A stretch of 20,737 nt of DNA from Vulcanimicrobiota bacterium. Lineage in GTDB: Bacteria > Vulcanimicrobiota > Vulcanimicrobiia > Eremiobacterales > Eremiobacteraceae. The translations under genes were made by a program, and so were the position numbers. Below, in pieces: positions 1-8,129 of the stretch. The stretch is taken from assembly GCA_963812135.1 (NCBI GenBank), contig CAWETU010000003.1, positions 1 to 20,737 on the forward strand. The letters are read 5' to 3'. Numbering within the stretch: position 1 is the first letter of the stretch; each line of letters starts with the position of its first letter. The notes beneath the pieces were generated by a model. The model saw only the letters and a program-made list of their open reading frames with translations, did not search any database and was not told where the DNA came from.

Positions 1-10
1 GAGATCGGCG

Positions 11-331
11 TTAGACCGTTGCGTGAACCGGCATCTTGTGGAAGGTCGAGCTCGCGACCTCGTAGGTCTTGACTTGCGGGCTGCCCTCGAGCACGTTTGA
101 CAGCGCCTTGAGCACTTCTGGATACGTCACGGCGTTGTACGTCTCAGCGCTTTCCTTACGATCCCACAGGCTGATCGAGATCATTTCGGTGCCGCTCGGG
201 CCGGCGAAGATGATCTCGTCCTGGAAACCCTTTTCCTTACGCAGCATCGGAAGAATGTTCTTCTCGAATGCATCGTTGAAATCGGTCGTGCGGTTGGCCT
301 TCAGATTGATCTTCACTATGCGTGCGAACAA
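11..331 (-). CDS. Small dimeric alpha-beta barrel protein, antibiotic biosynthesis monooxygenase (ABM)-like fold, function unknown (~106 aa)
   Basis: ORF 11..370 trimmed to TTG at 331, which follows AAGGAG by 6 nt. The protein MFARIVKINLK...ILPMLRKEKGFQDEI...ISISLWDRKESAETY...PQVKTYEV fits the ABM-like pattern (GF motif, SxW, terminal YEV). Confidence 0.7.
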   Translation of the reverse strand: MFARIVKINLKANRTTDFNDAFEKNILPMLRKEKGFQDEIIFAGPSGTEMISISLWDRKESAETYNAVTYPEVLKALSNVLEGSPQVKTYEVASSTFHKMPVHATV

Positions 332-465
332 TTGATACTCCTTAGGTAGATGGACAACAGTCGATATCATTCGTATTCACCAAAAAAGAAACCGCCCACA
401 GAGATGTACGCCGAATCGGCGGTACGGGGCAGCTTTTCGGAAATGCCTAGAGTCGCTGTACATGC

Positions 466-474
466 AGTATACCA
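466..474 (-). promoter_or_regulatory. Putative extended -10 promoter (TGgTATACT) for the ABM-like gene
   Basis: Minus strand reads tgtgTGgTATACTgc, matching TGnTATAAT at 5/6 in the hexamer within GC-rich context. No clear -35. Implies a leader of ~130 nt. Confidence 0.5.
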
Positions 475-586
475 CACACGCGCGAGGCGTGCGGGCGGAA
501 ACCGCAGAACGGTCCGCCCAATGCGGCTTCCATCGCATCGATGATAGCGGCGCCCATGCGCAGCCGGTACACGCAAGGGAGCGATC

Positions 587-970
587 ATGTCTCTGCCGTT
601 CGTCTTTAGTCACGTCGACATGCGCGTGCGCGACCGCGTGAAAGCAATCGCGTTCTACGATGATCTCTTAGGCTTGCTCGGGCTTCACCGTGGTGAAACG
701 AAGCCCGAACATGAATGGGTTTCCTACAGCCGGCGCGACGGCACCGAGCAATGGTTCGCATTCACGCAAGCCGAGCGCGTCAATCCGGGTGACGCCCGCA
801 TCGCGTTTGCGGTGTCGGCGCGTGAGGTCGTCGATCAGGCGGCCGAACTTGCGCGCCGCATCGGCGCGCGCAACGTCGAGGGACCCGAAGAGGCCTACGG
901 ACCCGATTATTACGCGGTGTTCTTCGAAGATCCGGACGGCAACAAGCTCGAGGTCTGCTGTATCGACTAG
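587..970 (+). CDS. VOC (glyoxalase/bleomycin resistance/dioxygenase) family protein
   Basis: FSHVDMRVRD...AIAFYD, IAF, YYAVFFEDPDGNKLEV motifs. AAGGGAG RBS upstream of ATG 587. Confidence 0.9.
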   Translation: MSLPFVFSHVDMRVRDRVKAIAFYDDLLGLLGLHRGETKPEHEWVSYSRRDGTEQWFAFTQAERVNPGDARIAFAVSAREVVDQAAELARRIGARNVEGPEEAYGPDYYAVFFEDPDGNKLEVCCID

Positions 971-1003
971 GCCGTGCGAGGCCCGCCGACGAACGCCCCT
1001 GTG

Positions 1004-2590
1004 ATGCACGAACGCGAGACGGACAGCGGCATTCCGATCAAGCCGGTCTATTCGGCTGCGGATGTCGCCGATCTCGATCTAACCCATCAGCCCGCGCCCG
1101 GCGAGTACCCGTACGTCCGCGGGATCCAGCGCGAGATGTATCGCGCGCGGTTGTGGACGATGCGGCAATACGCGGGTTTTGCGACCGCCAAAGAGTCGAA
1201 CGAGCGCTATCGCTATCTGCTGGCGCACGGCCAGATGGGCCTTTCGGTCGCGTTCGACTTGCCGACGCAGATGGGGATGGACTCAGACGCGCCGCTCGCC
1301 GCCGGCGAGGTCGGGCGGACGGGCGTCGCCATCGACACGATCGAGGACATGGAGGCGCTCTTCGACGCCATTCCGCAAGACCAAGTGAGCGTGTCGATGA
1401 CCATCAATGCGCCCGCCGCGATCCTGCTCGCGTTGTATCTGGCGGTGGCGCGCAAGCGCGGCGTGCCGTTCGACAAGCTCTCGGGCACGTCGCAAAACGA
1501 TATCCTCAAAGAGTACGCAGCGCGCGGCACCTACATCTATCCACCGGGTCCCTCGATGCGGCTGGTCACCGACCTCATGTCGTACTGCGCGCAGCATGTA
1601 CCCAAGTGGAACACGATCAGCGTGAGCGGCTATCATATTCGCGAGGCCGGATCGACGGCGGCGCAAGAGCTCGCGTTCACGCTCGCCAACGGCATCGCAT
1701 ACTTGCGCGCCGCGGCGGATGCTGGTCTGCCGGTCGACGACGTCGCCCCGCGCATGTCTTTTTTTTGGAACGCGCACAACAATTTCTTCGAGGAGATCGC
1801 CAAGTTCCGCGCCGCGCGCCTGCTCTGGGCGCAGATCGTGCGCGAGCAGTTCCACGCGAAATCGCCTAAGTCGTGGCTCATGCGCTTCCACACCCAGACC
1901 GGCGGCTCGACGCTCACCGCGCAGGAGCCGGAGAACAACGTCGTGCGCGTCTCGCTGCAGGCCATGGCAGCGGTGCTCGGCGGCACGCAGTCGCTGCACA
2001 CGAACGCGATGGACGAGGCGTTGGCGCTGCCGTCGCAGTCGGCCGCCAAACTCGCGTTGCGCACGCAACAGATCATCGCGTTCGAGAGCGGCGTGGCCGA
2101 AACGGCCGACCCTCTCGCCGGTTCCTATTTCGTCGAACGTCTCACCGCCGATCTGGCAGAAAAGGCGCGCGCTTTGCTCGGTGACGTCGACAAGCGGGGC
2201 GGCGCTGTCGCAGCGATCGAGAGCGGCTGGATGCAAGAGCAGATCGCCGAGAGCGCCTATCGCGCACAGGGGCGTTTGGAGCGCGGTGAGTCCGTGGTCG
2301 TCGGCGTCAACAAGTTCGTCGAGTCCGGTGGCGGCGCTGTGGCGCCGCCGTTGCAGCGCATCGATGCCGCGATCGAGCGCGAGCAGAAAGAGCGTCTCGC
2401 GGCGTTTCGCGCGCGGCGCGATTCTTCGGCTGCCGCGGCGCGCATCGCGTCGCTCAAGCGAGCGGCGGCCTCGAATGCGCCGTTGATGCCCGAATTCATC
2501 GAAGCGGTGGCTGCCGGTTGCACGCTGGGCGAAGTCGCCGATGCGCTCCGCGACGTGTTCTCAGTCTACCATCCAGCGGCGGTGGTCTAG
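1004..2590 (+). CDS. Methylmalonyl-CoA mutase, N-terminal substrate-binding (large) subunit; no B12-binding domain
   Basis: [73 protein letters not shown] motifs. Tyr in RQYAG and Arg in ARGT are the methylmalonyl-CoA specificity residues (Y89/R207 equivalents). No DxHxxG. Start could be ATG 1004, GTG 1001 or GTG 974. Confidence 0.93.
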   Translation: MHERETDSGIPIKPVYSAADVADLDLTHQPAPGEYPYVRGIQREMYRARLWTMRQYAGFATAKESNERYRYLLAHGQMGLSVAFDLPTQMGMDSDAPLAAGEVGRTGVAIDTIEDMEALFDAIPQDQVSVSMTINAPAAILLALYLAVARKRGVPFDKLSGTSQNDILKEYAARGTYIYPPGPSMRLVTDLMSYCAQHVPKWNTISVSGYHIREAGSTAAQELAFTLANGIAYLRAAADAGLPVDDVAPRMSFFWNAHNNFFEEIAKFRAARLLWAQIVREQFHAKSPKSWLMRFHTQTGGSTLTAQEPENNVVRVSLQAMAAVLGGTQSLHTNAMDEALALPSQSAAKLALRTQQIIAFESGVAETADPLAGSYFVERLTADLAEKARALLGDVDKRGGAVAAIESGWMQEQIAESAYRAQGRLERGESVVVGVNKFVESGGGAVAPPLQRIDAAIEREQKERLAAFRARRDSSAAAARIASLKRAAASNAPLMPEFIEAVAAGCTLGEVADALRDVFSVYHPAAVV

Positions 2591-3027
2591 TGGCCCACCG
2601 GCCGATCGATCACGTGGCGTTGGTCGTCGCGGATTTGGCACGCAGCGCCGCATTGTACACAGCGCTCGGCTTTGACGAACGTTATCGCGAGATCGTCGCG
2701 GATCAAGGCGTCGAGATCGTCGGCATGCGCGCGGGCGATTCGACTATCGAATTGCTGCGCCCGCTGTCGGCCGATTCGCCGCTTATCGCGTTCTTAGGCG
2801 ACAAGGAATCCCGGTTGCATCACGTCGCCTATCGCGTGGCGGACATCGGTGGTGAGCTTGCGCGTCTTAAATCGGCGGGGATGCGTTTGATAGACGAACG
2901 GCCGCGCCGTGGCGCACACGGCAACCTCATCGCGTTTATCCACCCAAGCTCGGCGGGTGACGTGTTGATCGAAATATGCCAGCCATCGGAGGGAGACCCT
3001 CGCAACTACAATTTGCAAGATATTTGA
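2590..3027 (+). CDS. mce: Methylmalonyl-CoA epimerase
   Basis: GTG at 2590 overlaps the mutase stop (TAGTG). IDHVALVV, IELLRP, LHHVAYRVADI, GMRLIDERPRRGAHG, AFIHP, LIEICQ motifs with His/Glu/His/Glu metal ligands; adjacent to the mutase. Confidence 0.92.
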   Translation: MAHRPIDHVALVVADLARSAALYTALGFDERYREIVADQGVEIVGMRAGDSTIELLRPLSADSPLIAFLGDKESRLHHVAYRVADIGGELARLKSAGMRLIDERPRRGAHGNLIAFIHPSSAGDVLIEICQPSEGDPRNYNLQDI

Positions 3028-3041
3028 TACGCCACTATAGT
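3013..3041 (+). promoter_or_regulatory. Putative sigma70 promoter TTGCAA-N17-TATAGT overlapping the 3' end of mce
   Basis: TTGCAA at 3013-3018, a 17-nt spacer (3019-3035) and TATAGT at 3036-3041, in a locally AT-rich patch. Confidence 0.6.
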
Positions 3042-3047
3042 GCGGAT

Positions 3048-3096
3048 GACGGGTCTACGCTGGCACCAGCCGCTACGGCAGCTGGTGTTTTACTTT
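3048..3096 (+). ncRNA. Candidate ~50-nt small RNA of unknown family
   Basis: Lies between the promoter at 3013-3041 and the terminator at 3062-3096, with no plus-strand gene downstream (the next gene is convergent). Start position estimated from -10 spacing. Confidence 0.4.
3062..3096 (+). terminator. Intrinsic (Rho-independent) terminator
   Basis: GGCACCAGC (3062-3070) pairs with GCTGGTGTT (3081-3089). After one mismatch an inner gc[TACG]gc gives a cUACGg tetraloop. T-rich tail TTTTACTTT. Confidence 0.8.
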
Positions 3097-3103
3097 GTCG
3101 ATT

Positions 3104-4676
3104 CTATGTCATCCTCGTATCCAGTTTGACCTCGAAGGTACGCTGCCACGGCAAGTACATCGAGGCCTGAGTTTGTCGCAAGCCGGGCCCGAACGAACTA
3201 TCGAACAACTCGACGGCGAGCGGCCAGAGGCGGCTGCGCATCTGCGAATCTGCTTCGGCGCTGTCGGCGCCAAGCGCATACGTGTCTTCGCCCTTCGCGC
3301 GCAGGTCGGCATTGAGCTGAGGACGCACGAGCAAGCGGTATGCGTAGTCGTCGACGTAGCGGTCATAGAGGAAGTTCTCGCGCGCGAGGGTCGTGTCCGC
3401 TCCGAAGTGCTCATTGAGCGAAAAACACGCCGCCGCCGAAAGTGCCGTGCCGGTCGAATTGGCGGTCGTGTTCCACGATGCGTACGCGACGGCGCGGCCG
3501 GCCACGCCGGCATCGAGCAAAGATTCGACCGTCATGCGCTCTTGAGGGATGTCGTCCGCGATGAACGTCAGATCCACGATCGCGACCCGATAACCCCGGC
3601 TCACTTCATCCGCGAGTGAATGCAGATACGGCCGAAGATCGTCGGGCGAAGCGGCGGGCACGACGACGTGCAGCTTCACATCCGCAAGATAGCCAGTCGT
3701 CGGGAGGCCGAGCGCGCGCACGACGCCGGCAATGGTCTGGCCCACGGGTATATCCTCGAGCGGATCTTGGACGCTCGCACCGCTCGGGCTGGAATATTCG
3801 ATCGAGATCGGTGGATGCCACGCCGTTGCGTCCTCGATCGCGCGGGTGACCGCGACCATGCCCATCTCGTCGGCGCCTGGACTCAAGTACACACGGTCAT
3901 CGGCATGGAGCTGCGCGACTAGACCGAGAACGCGACGCTGATCGGCGATTTGGAGTCCATTGGGCGCGCCGGAGTCGTCTTGGGTGATCGAGAGCCATGC
4001 GATGTCGCCTTGCGCCACGAGCGTGATCAAGGAAGCATCGGTGTCGACATCGCGGGCCCGGGCGCCGACGTAGTCCCAGTAGGCGGCGTTCGGGAATATT
4101 CGCGCGCCACGCCGCCAGCTTCGCGCTTTGGTCTGCATTTGGATGCGCCGCGCCTGCATTGCGCGCATACGATGTCAGCGCATCGAGATAGGGTTCACTT
4201 TGCGGCGTTTCGGTCGGCGCAAGTCGCATGATGGTGCCGAACACGTAGATCGGCAAGCCGGGATGCAAGTCGTGAAAACGCGCGAGTGCTCGGATCCGGG
4301 CTTGTGCATCAGCGAGCGGCGTCGAGGCCGTGCGCGACGCCACGAGGCCTCCATACGCCAGCATGTCCGACGAAACGACCAGCGCGCTCAGGCCTGTCGT
4401 GTCGAGATTGAGCAGCCAGCGACCCAACGCGTCCGCGTCACCCGGCTGCGTGAAATGTCCGAGCAGCTGCGACGGCGGCATCACGAGCTGCGCGCCGCAG
4501 ATCGCGGCCGTCTGCTGCGGGAACTGCGCGGTGGCGGGTCGGTCGTCCATCGGGACGAACGCGACGCGGATCGAAGGCGGGGACGCGTGGGCTACGGTGG
4601 GCAGGCACACAAGAAGTGCGGCAAGCGCGGTCGCAACGGTCGAATAAATTCGACCGCTACTTACCTTGCGCGTCAG
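3104..4676 (-). CDS. DUF4127-like exported protein, interrupted by one +1 frameshift at ~4092-4094 (probable sequence error; pseudogene not excluded)
   Basis: ORF 3897..4610 carries FVPMDDRP, GDADALGRWL and DMLAYGGLVASR. ORF 3104..4168 carries ITQDD, PGADE, YASWNTTANSTGTAL, RYVDDYAY and LPWQRTFEV. Removing one C from att-ccc-gaa joins them as ANIPNAAYWDY. The frame is open upstream to CTG 4676, giving a signal-peptide-like N-terminus. Start uncertain. Confidence 0.75.
4637..4660 (-). repeat. REP-like palindrome copy 1: GTAG-CGGTCGAAT-TT-ATTCGACCG
   Basis: Perfect 9-bp inverted repeat (4637-4645 / 4648-4656) preceded on the minus strand by GTAG. The 23-mer 4636-4658 is identical to 18656-18678. 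Confidence 0.75.
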
Positions 4677-5371
4677 ACGGAAAGGTAGCGTTGGATCAGA
4701 CCCTGGTCTTCGCGCAGCTCGGCCGATTTCTTCGAAGCCACGATCCTGCCGTCCGAGAGCACGTGAGCCCGGTCGGATACTGCCAGCGCCACGCGTGCGT
4801 TCTGCTCGACGAGCAGCATCGTCATTCCCTCGCGCTTCATCTCGAGGATCGCGCTCTGGATCGCCTGAGCGATCACGGGCGCCAATCCCTCGAGCGGTTC
4901 GTCAAGCAGAATGATCTCCGGGTTTTGGATCAGCGCGCGCGCGATCGTGAGCATCTGTTGCTCGCCGCCGGACAGCGCTTTGCCGATGCTGGCCTCGCGT
5001 TCCTCGAGCCGCGGGAAGAACTCGAACACCCTCTTCTGGTCCCATGGCCCCTTTCGTCCGGCAAGAGTCGCGAGTTTCAGGTTCTCAAGAACGCTTAAGT
5101 TGGGGAAGATGCGACGTTCTTCGGGAACGTAGGCGACACCAAGACGCGCGATCGTGTAGGGTTTCAGTCCTGCGATGCTACGGCCGGCCAACGTGACGGA
5201 GCCGCTGCGCGGCGGCACGACACCCATAATGCTCTTCAGCGTCGTGCTGCGCCCCGAACCGTTGCGTCCGATAAGGGCGACGACTTCACCGCGGTCCACA
5301 TCGACCGAAACGTCCTGCAGCACGTGGCTCTTGCCGTAATAGGTGTTGAGATCGTGGGCTTCGAGAAACAT
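4673..5371 (-). CDS. livF: Branched-chain amino acid-type ABC transporter ATP-binding protein (LivF-like)
   Basis: Walker A GRNGSGRSTT, YVPEERRIF, signature LSGGEQQML, Walker B ILLDEP, LLVEQN. Confidence 0.9.
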   Translation of the reverse strand: MFLEAHDLNTYYGKSHVLQDVSVDVDRGEVVALIGRNGSGRSTTLKSIMGVVPPRSGSVTLAGRSIAGLKPYTIARLGVAYVPEERRIFPNLSVLENLKLATLAGRKGPWDQKRVFEFFPRLEEREASIGKALSGGEQQMLTIARALIQNPEIILLDEPLEGLAPVIAQAIQSAILEMKREGMTMLLVEQNARVALAVSDRAHVLSDGRIVASKKSAELREDQGLIQRYLSV

Positions 5372-6117
5372 CAGATGGCCGTGCCCAGATACGCTTGCTG
5401 CACAAGCTGGTTACCCTTGATCTCGGCCGGCGTGCCCTCCGCGATCTTGCGGCCGTTCTGCAGCACGGTGATCTTGTTGGAGAGCGACATCACGAGGTCC
5501 ATGTCGTGCTCGATGAGCACGATGGTGTGCTGCCGGCTAAGGTCTTGCAGCATCTGCATCGTCTGCTTCGATTCATCGAGCGACATACCGGCGGTTGGTT
5601 CGTCGAACAGCAACAAACTCGGGCTTGCGGCGATGACCAGGCCGATCTCGAGGCGCTTTTCGTCGCCGTGCGAGAGCGTGGCCGCCTGGACGTCCTCAAA
5701 ACGCGTTAAACCGACGCGTTCGATGATCGCGGCGGCCTTCTCATCGACTTCACCCAGCCATTTCGGCCGCACGAAGATGCCGGGCGCATCGCCATACGTG
5801 GCCTGCACGGCCACGCGCACGTTTTCGAAGACGCTGAGCCCCCCGAAGATGTTGCTGATCTGGAATGATCTGCCGATGCCCTTGCGCGTGATGACGTGCG
5901 GCGGCAGTCCGGTGATGTCTTCGTCGCGGAAGAATATCTTGCCGGCGGTGGGCGCGAAATTACCCGTGAGCATATTGAAGAACGTCGTCTTGCCCGCACC
6001 GTTTGGGCCAATGATCGCGTGTATCGAGCCCTCCTCGACTGCGAAATCAATGCCATCGACGGCCTTCAATGAGTCGAAGTGCTTCGAGAGTCCTTCGGTG
6101 CGAAAGATGACGCTCAT
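5371..6117 (-). CDS. livG: Branched-chain amino acid-type ABC transporter ATP-binding protein (LivG-like)
   Basis: GPNGAGKTT, GIGRSFQ, LSHGDEKRLEI, LLFDEPTAG, IEHDMD, VQQAYLG. ATG 6117 overlaps the upstream permease stop (ATGA). Confidence 0.9.
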   Translation of the reverse strand: MSVIFRTEGLSKHFDSLKAVDGIDFAVEEGSIHAIIGPNGAGKTTFFNMLTGNFAPTAGKIFFRDEDITGLPPHVITRKGIGRSFQISNIFGGLSVFENVRVAVQATYGDAPGIFVRPKWLGEVDEKAAAIIERVGLTRFEDVQAATLSHGDEKRLEIGLVIAASPSLLLFDEPTAGMSLDESKQTMQMLQDLSRQHTIVLIEHDMDLVMSLSNKITVLQNGRKIAEGTPAEIKGNQLVQQAYLGTAI

Positions 6118-7115
6118 GCGCGTTTCGCCCGCAGATTCTTCCATGCGCTCTCGGCAAGACCCCAGATGCCTTGCGGCGCGAAGAGCACGAATCCCACGAA
6201 GACGATGCCGATGTAACCCTCCCAGAACTGCGTGTAGTTGGAGACGTATTGCTGCATGAACTTGAACAGCCCAGCCCCAAGCAGCGGGCCCCAGAACGTC
6301 GACGCACCGCCGAGCAGCGTCATCATGACGATGTTGCCTGATTCGGTCCAGTTCATCTGTCCTGGATCGACCGCCCCGTTATAGTAGCCGAGCAATACCC
6401 CGGCGACCGCCGGCAGGATCGCGGACAGCACGAAGGCGTTGATCTTGTAGCGCACGACGTCATAACCTAAAAACTCCGCGCGCTGGCGGTTCTCGCGAAT
6501 CGCGTGACAGACGGCTCCGAACGGCGAGTGGATGACCCGCCACATGAAAAGCGTGAGCAGCCACGCGATCAGCGCGCACAAGACGTAGAAATGCAGCTCG
6601 TTGTTCATGTCCAGGGGACTGCCTGGCAGGATGTACGTCGGGCGGATGATGCCCTGCAGACCATCGTCACCGCCCGTGACCGAATTCCAGCGCTCGCCGA
6701 CGAAATTCAACACTTGCGCGGCGGCGAGCATGACCATGGAGAAGTAAATCCCCGTGCTGCGCGGCACGACGACACGTGCCAGAACGAATGCCAACAACAT
6801 GGTCCCCGTGAATGCGATCAGTATCGTCGGCCAAAACGTCCAGCCATGGTTGAGCATCATGAACGCAGCGATGTAGCCGGCCACGCCCACGAACGCGGCG
6901 TGGCCGAATGACAGTTCTCCCGTGTGACCGTACAACAGGTTGAACCCTAGCGCCATCAGACCGAAGATCACCATGTCGGTGCCGAGCGCCACGTTGCTCT
7001 TGAGCACGTGCACCAACACCCATGGAAGCAGCGCCAACACCACCGCCCACGCGATGAGCGGTACCAGGCCGTTCCAGCTTTGACGGCGCCGCAGCGCAGA
7101 TTTCGGGAGCGTCAT
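6114..7115 (-). CDS. livM: Liv-type ABC transporter permease (LivM-like)
   Basis: Multiple hydrophobic segments; NLLYGHTGELSFGHAAF, GIYFSMVML, TGGDDGL, SPFG...AIREN..RA..LG, LLGG..TFWGP, PQGIWG. Confidence 0.9.
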   Translation of the reverse strand: MTLPKSALRRRQSWNGLVPLIAWAVVLALLPWVLVHVLKSNVALGTDMVIFGLMALGFNLLYGHTGELSFGHAAFVGVAGYIAAFMMLNHGWTFWPTILIAFTGTMLLAFVLARVVVPRSTGIYFSMVMLAAAQVLNFVGERWNSVTGGDDGLQGIIRPTYILPGSPLDMNNELHFYVLCALIAWLLTLFMWRVIHSPFGAVCHAIRENRQRAEFLGYDVVRYKINAFVLSAILPAVAGVLLGYYNGAVDPGQMNWTESGNIVMMTLLGGASTFWGPLLGAGLFKFMQQYVSNYTQFWEGYIGIVFVGFVLFAPQGIWGLAESAWKNLRAKRA

Positions 7116-8024
7116 CTAGTCAAAAAGCCCCTCGGTGCCAAAGAGACCGCGCGGACGAACGAGCAAGATGAGCAGCATGAATGCGAAGGGCACGATGTCT
7201 TCGGCAGACGAGCCGCCGGGGATGAGAGCGACCGTCAATTCCTGCAGCAGGCCGATGATGAGGCCGCCTGCCACCGCCCCCCAAAACGACCCGATGCCCC
7301 CCACGATGACCACTAGGAACGCGATGATGATGTAGGTCGCCCCCATGTTCGGGTCTATGTTGTACAGCGGCGCCTCCAGACCGCCGGCCAGGCCGCCCAG
7401 CGCCGAGCCGAGTCCAAACACCACGGTGAACGTCAATGGCATGTTAATGCCTAGGATGCTCACCATTTGGCTGTCGCGGGTGCCGGCGCGGATGGTCAAG
7501 CCGAGGTTGGTGCGGACAAGCATGAGATAGACGAGGACGAGGACCACGAGGGTGACGAGCACGACGACGAGACGGAAGGTCGGATACTGCATGAAACCCA
7601 GATTGATCGAGCCCGCCAACCAGCCACTGGGCGAGAGCGGTTGCGGCGTATCGCCCCAGATCTTGCGGATGATCTGGACGAAGATCAAGAACGCGCCGAA
7701 GGTGAACATGAGCACGTGTTCCGGCGGACGGCCGTACAACCGGCGGATGAAGCCGCTCTCCATCCCCATTCCAACTATGGCCATGCAGATGGATCCGACG
7801 ACGATGGCGGGGAACAGGCCGATTTTCGTCGAGAGGGTGAACGTGATGTAGGCGCCCAGCGCGAAGAACGCGCCGTGTGAGAAATTCAGCACACCCATGA
7901 GGCCGAGGATGATGTTGAGGCCCAGCGCCAAGAGCACGTAGAGCATGCCGCGCGTCAGGCCGTCGAAGATCGTCTCCGCGATCTGATTGGGCAGGAGTCC
8001 AGAGTAGGCTATCGCTAGGGACAA
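7116..8024 (-). CDS. livH: Liv-type ABC transporter permease (LivH-like)
   Basis: ALGLNIILGLMGVLNFSHGAF, RTNLGLTIRA, VVIVGGIGSFWGA, LLVRPRGLFG. TTG start uncertain. Confidence 0.9.
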   Translation of the reverse strand: MSLAIAYSGLLPNQIAETIFDGLTRGMLYVLLALGLNIILGLMGVLNFSHGAFFALGAYITFTLSTKIGLFPAIVVGSICMAIVGMGMESGFIRRLYGRPPEHVLMFTFGAFLIFVQIIRKIWGDTPQPLSPSGWLAGSINLGFMQYPTFRLVVVLVTLVVLVLVYLMLVRTNLGLTIRAGTRDSQMVSILGINMPLTFTVVFGLGSALGGLAGGLEAPLYNIDPNMGATYIIIAFLVVIVGGIGSFWGAVAGGLIIGLLQELTVALIPGGSSAEDIVPFAFMLLILLVRPRGLFGTEGLFD

Positions 8025-8068
8025 GACCGGGTATGCGTTCGTCGTCTTCCTACGTCTCCGCTATGCGA

Positions 8069-8101
8069 GAGGCGCCGGCGGTTTTTAGGCGCCGACGCCC
8101 C
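8069..8101 (-). other. 12-bp stem-loop between the binding-protein gene and the first permease; probably mRNA-stabilising
   Basis: Minus strand GGGGCGTCGGCG-cctaaaaac-CGCCGGCGCCTC with two G-U pairs and no U-tract. This position is typical for ABC operons. Confidence 0.55.
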
Positions 8102-8129
8102 GTGTGCGCTTGAAGGAGCCGGATACCTC

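Noticed and set aside
377..463. 28-codon minus-strand uORF MYSDSRHFRKAAPYRRFGVHLCGRFLFW as a leader peptide
   Set aside because: Its ATG is only 2 nt after the predicted -10 box, so probably upstream of the transcription start. It has no RBS or amino-acid run, and its end is simply the translation of the GC stem and U-tract.
1004..2590. Isobutyryl-CoA or other non-methylmalonyl acyl-CoA mutase
   Set aside because: The Tyr in RQYAG and Arg in ARGT are the methylmalonyl-CoA determinants, and mce is adjacent.
3451..3460. CGGTCGAATT as a third copy of the REP-like element
   Set aside because: Only one arm is present, and it encodes NST within the conserved WNTTANSTG motif.
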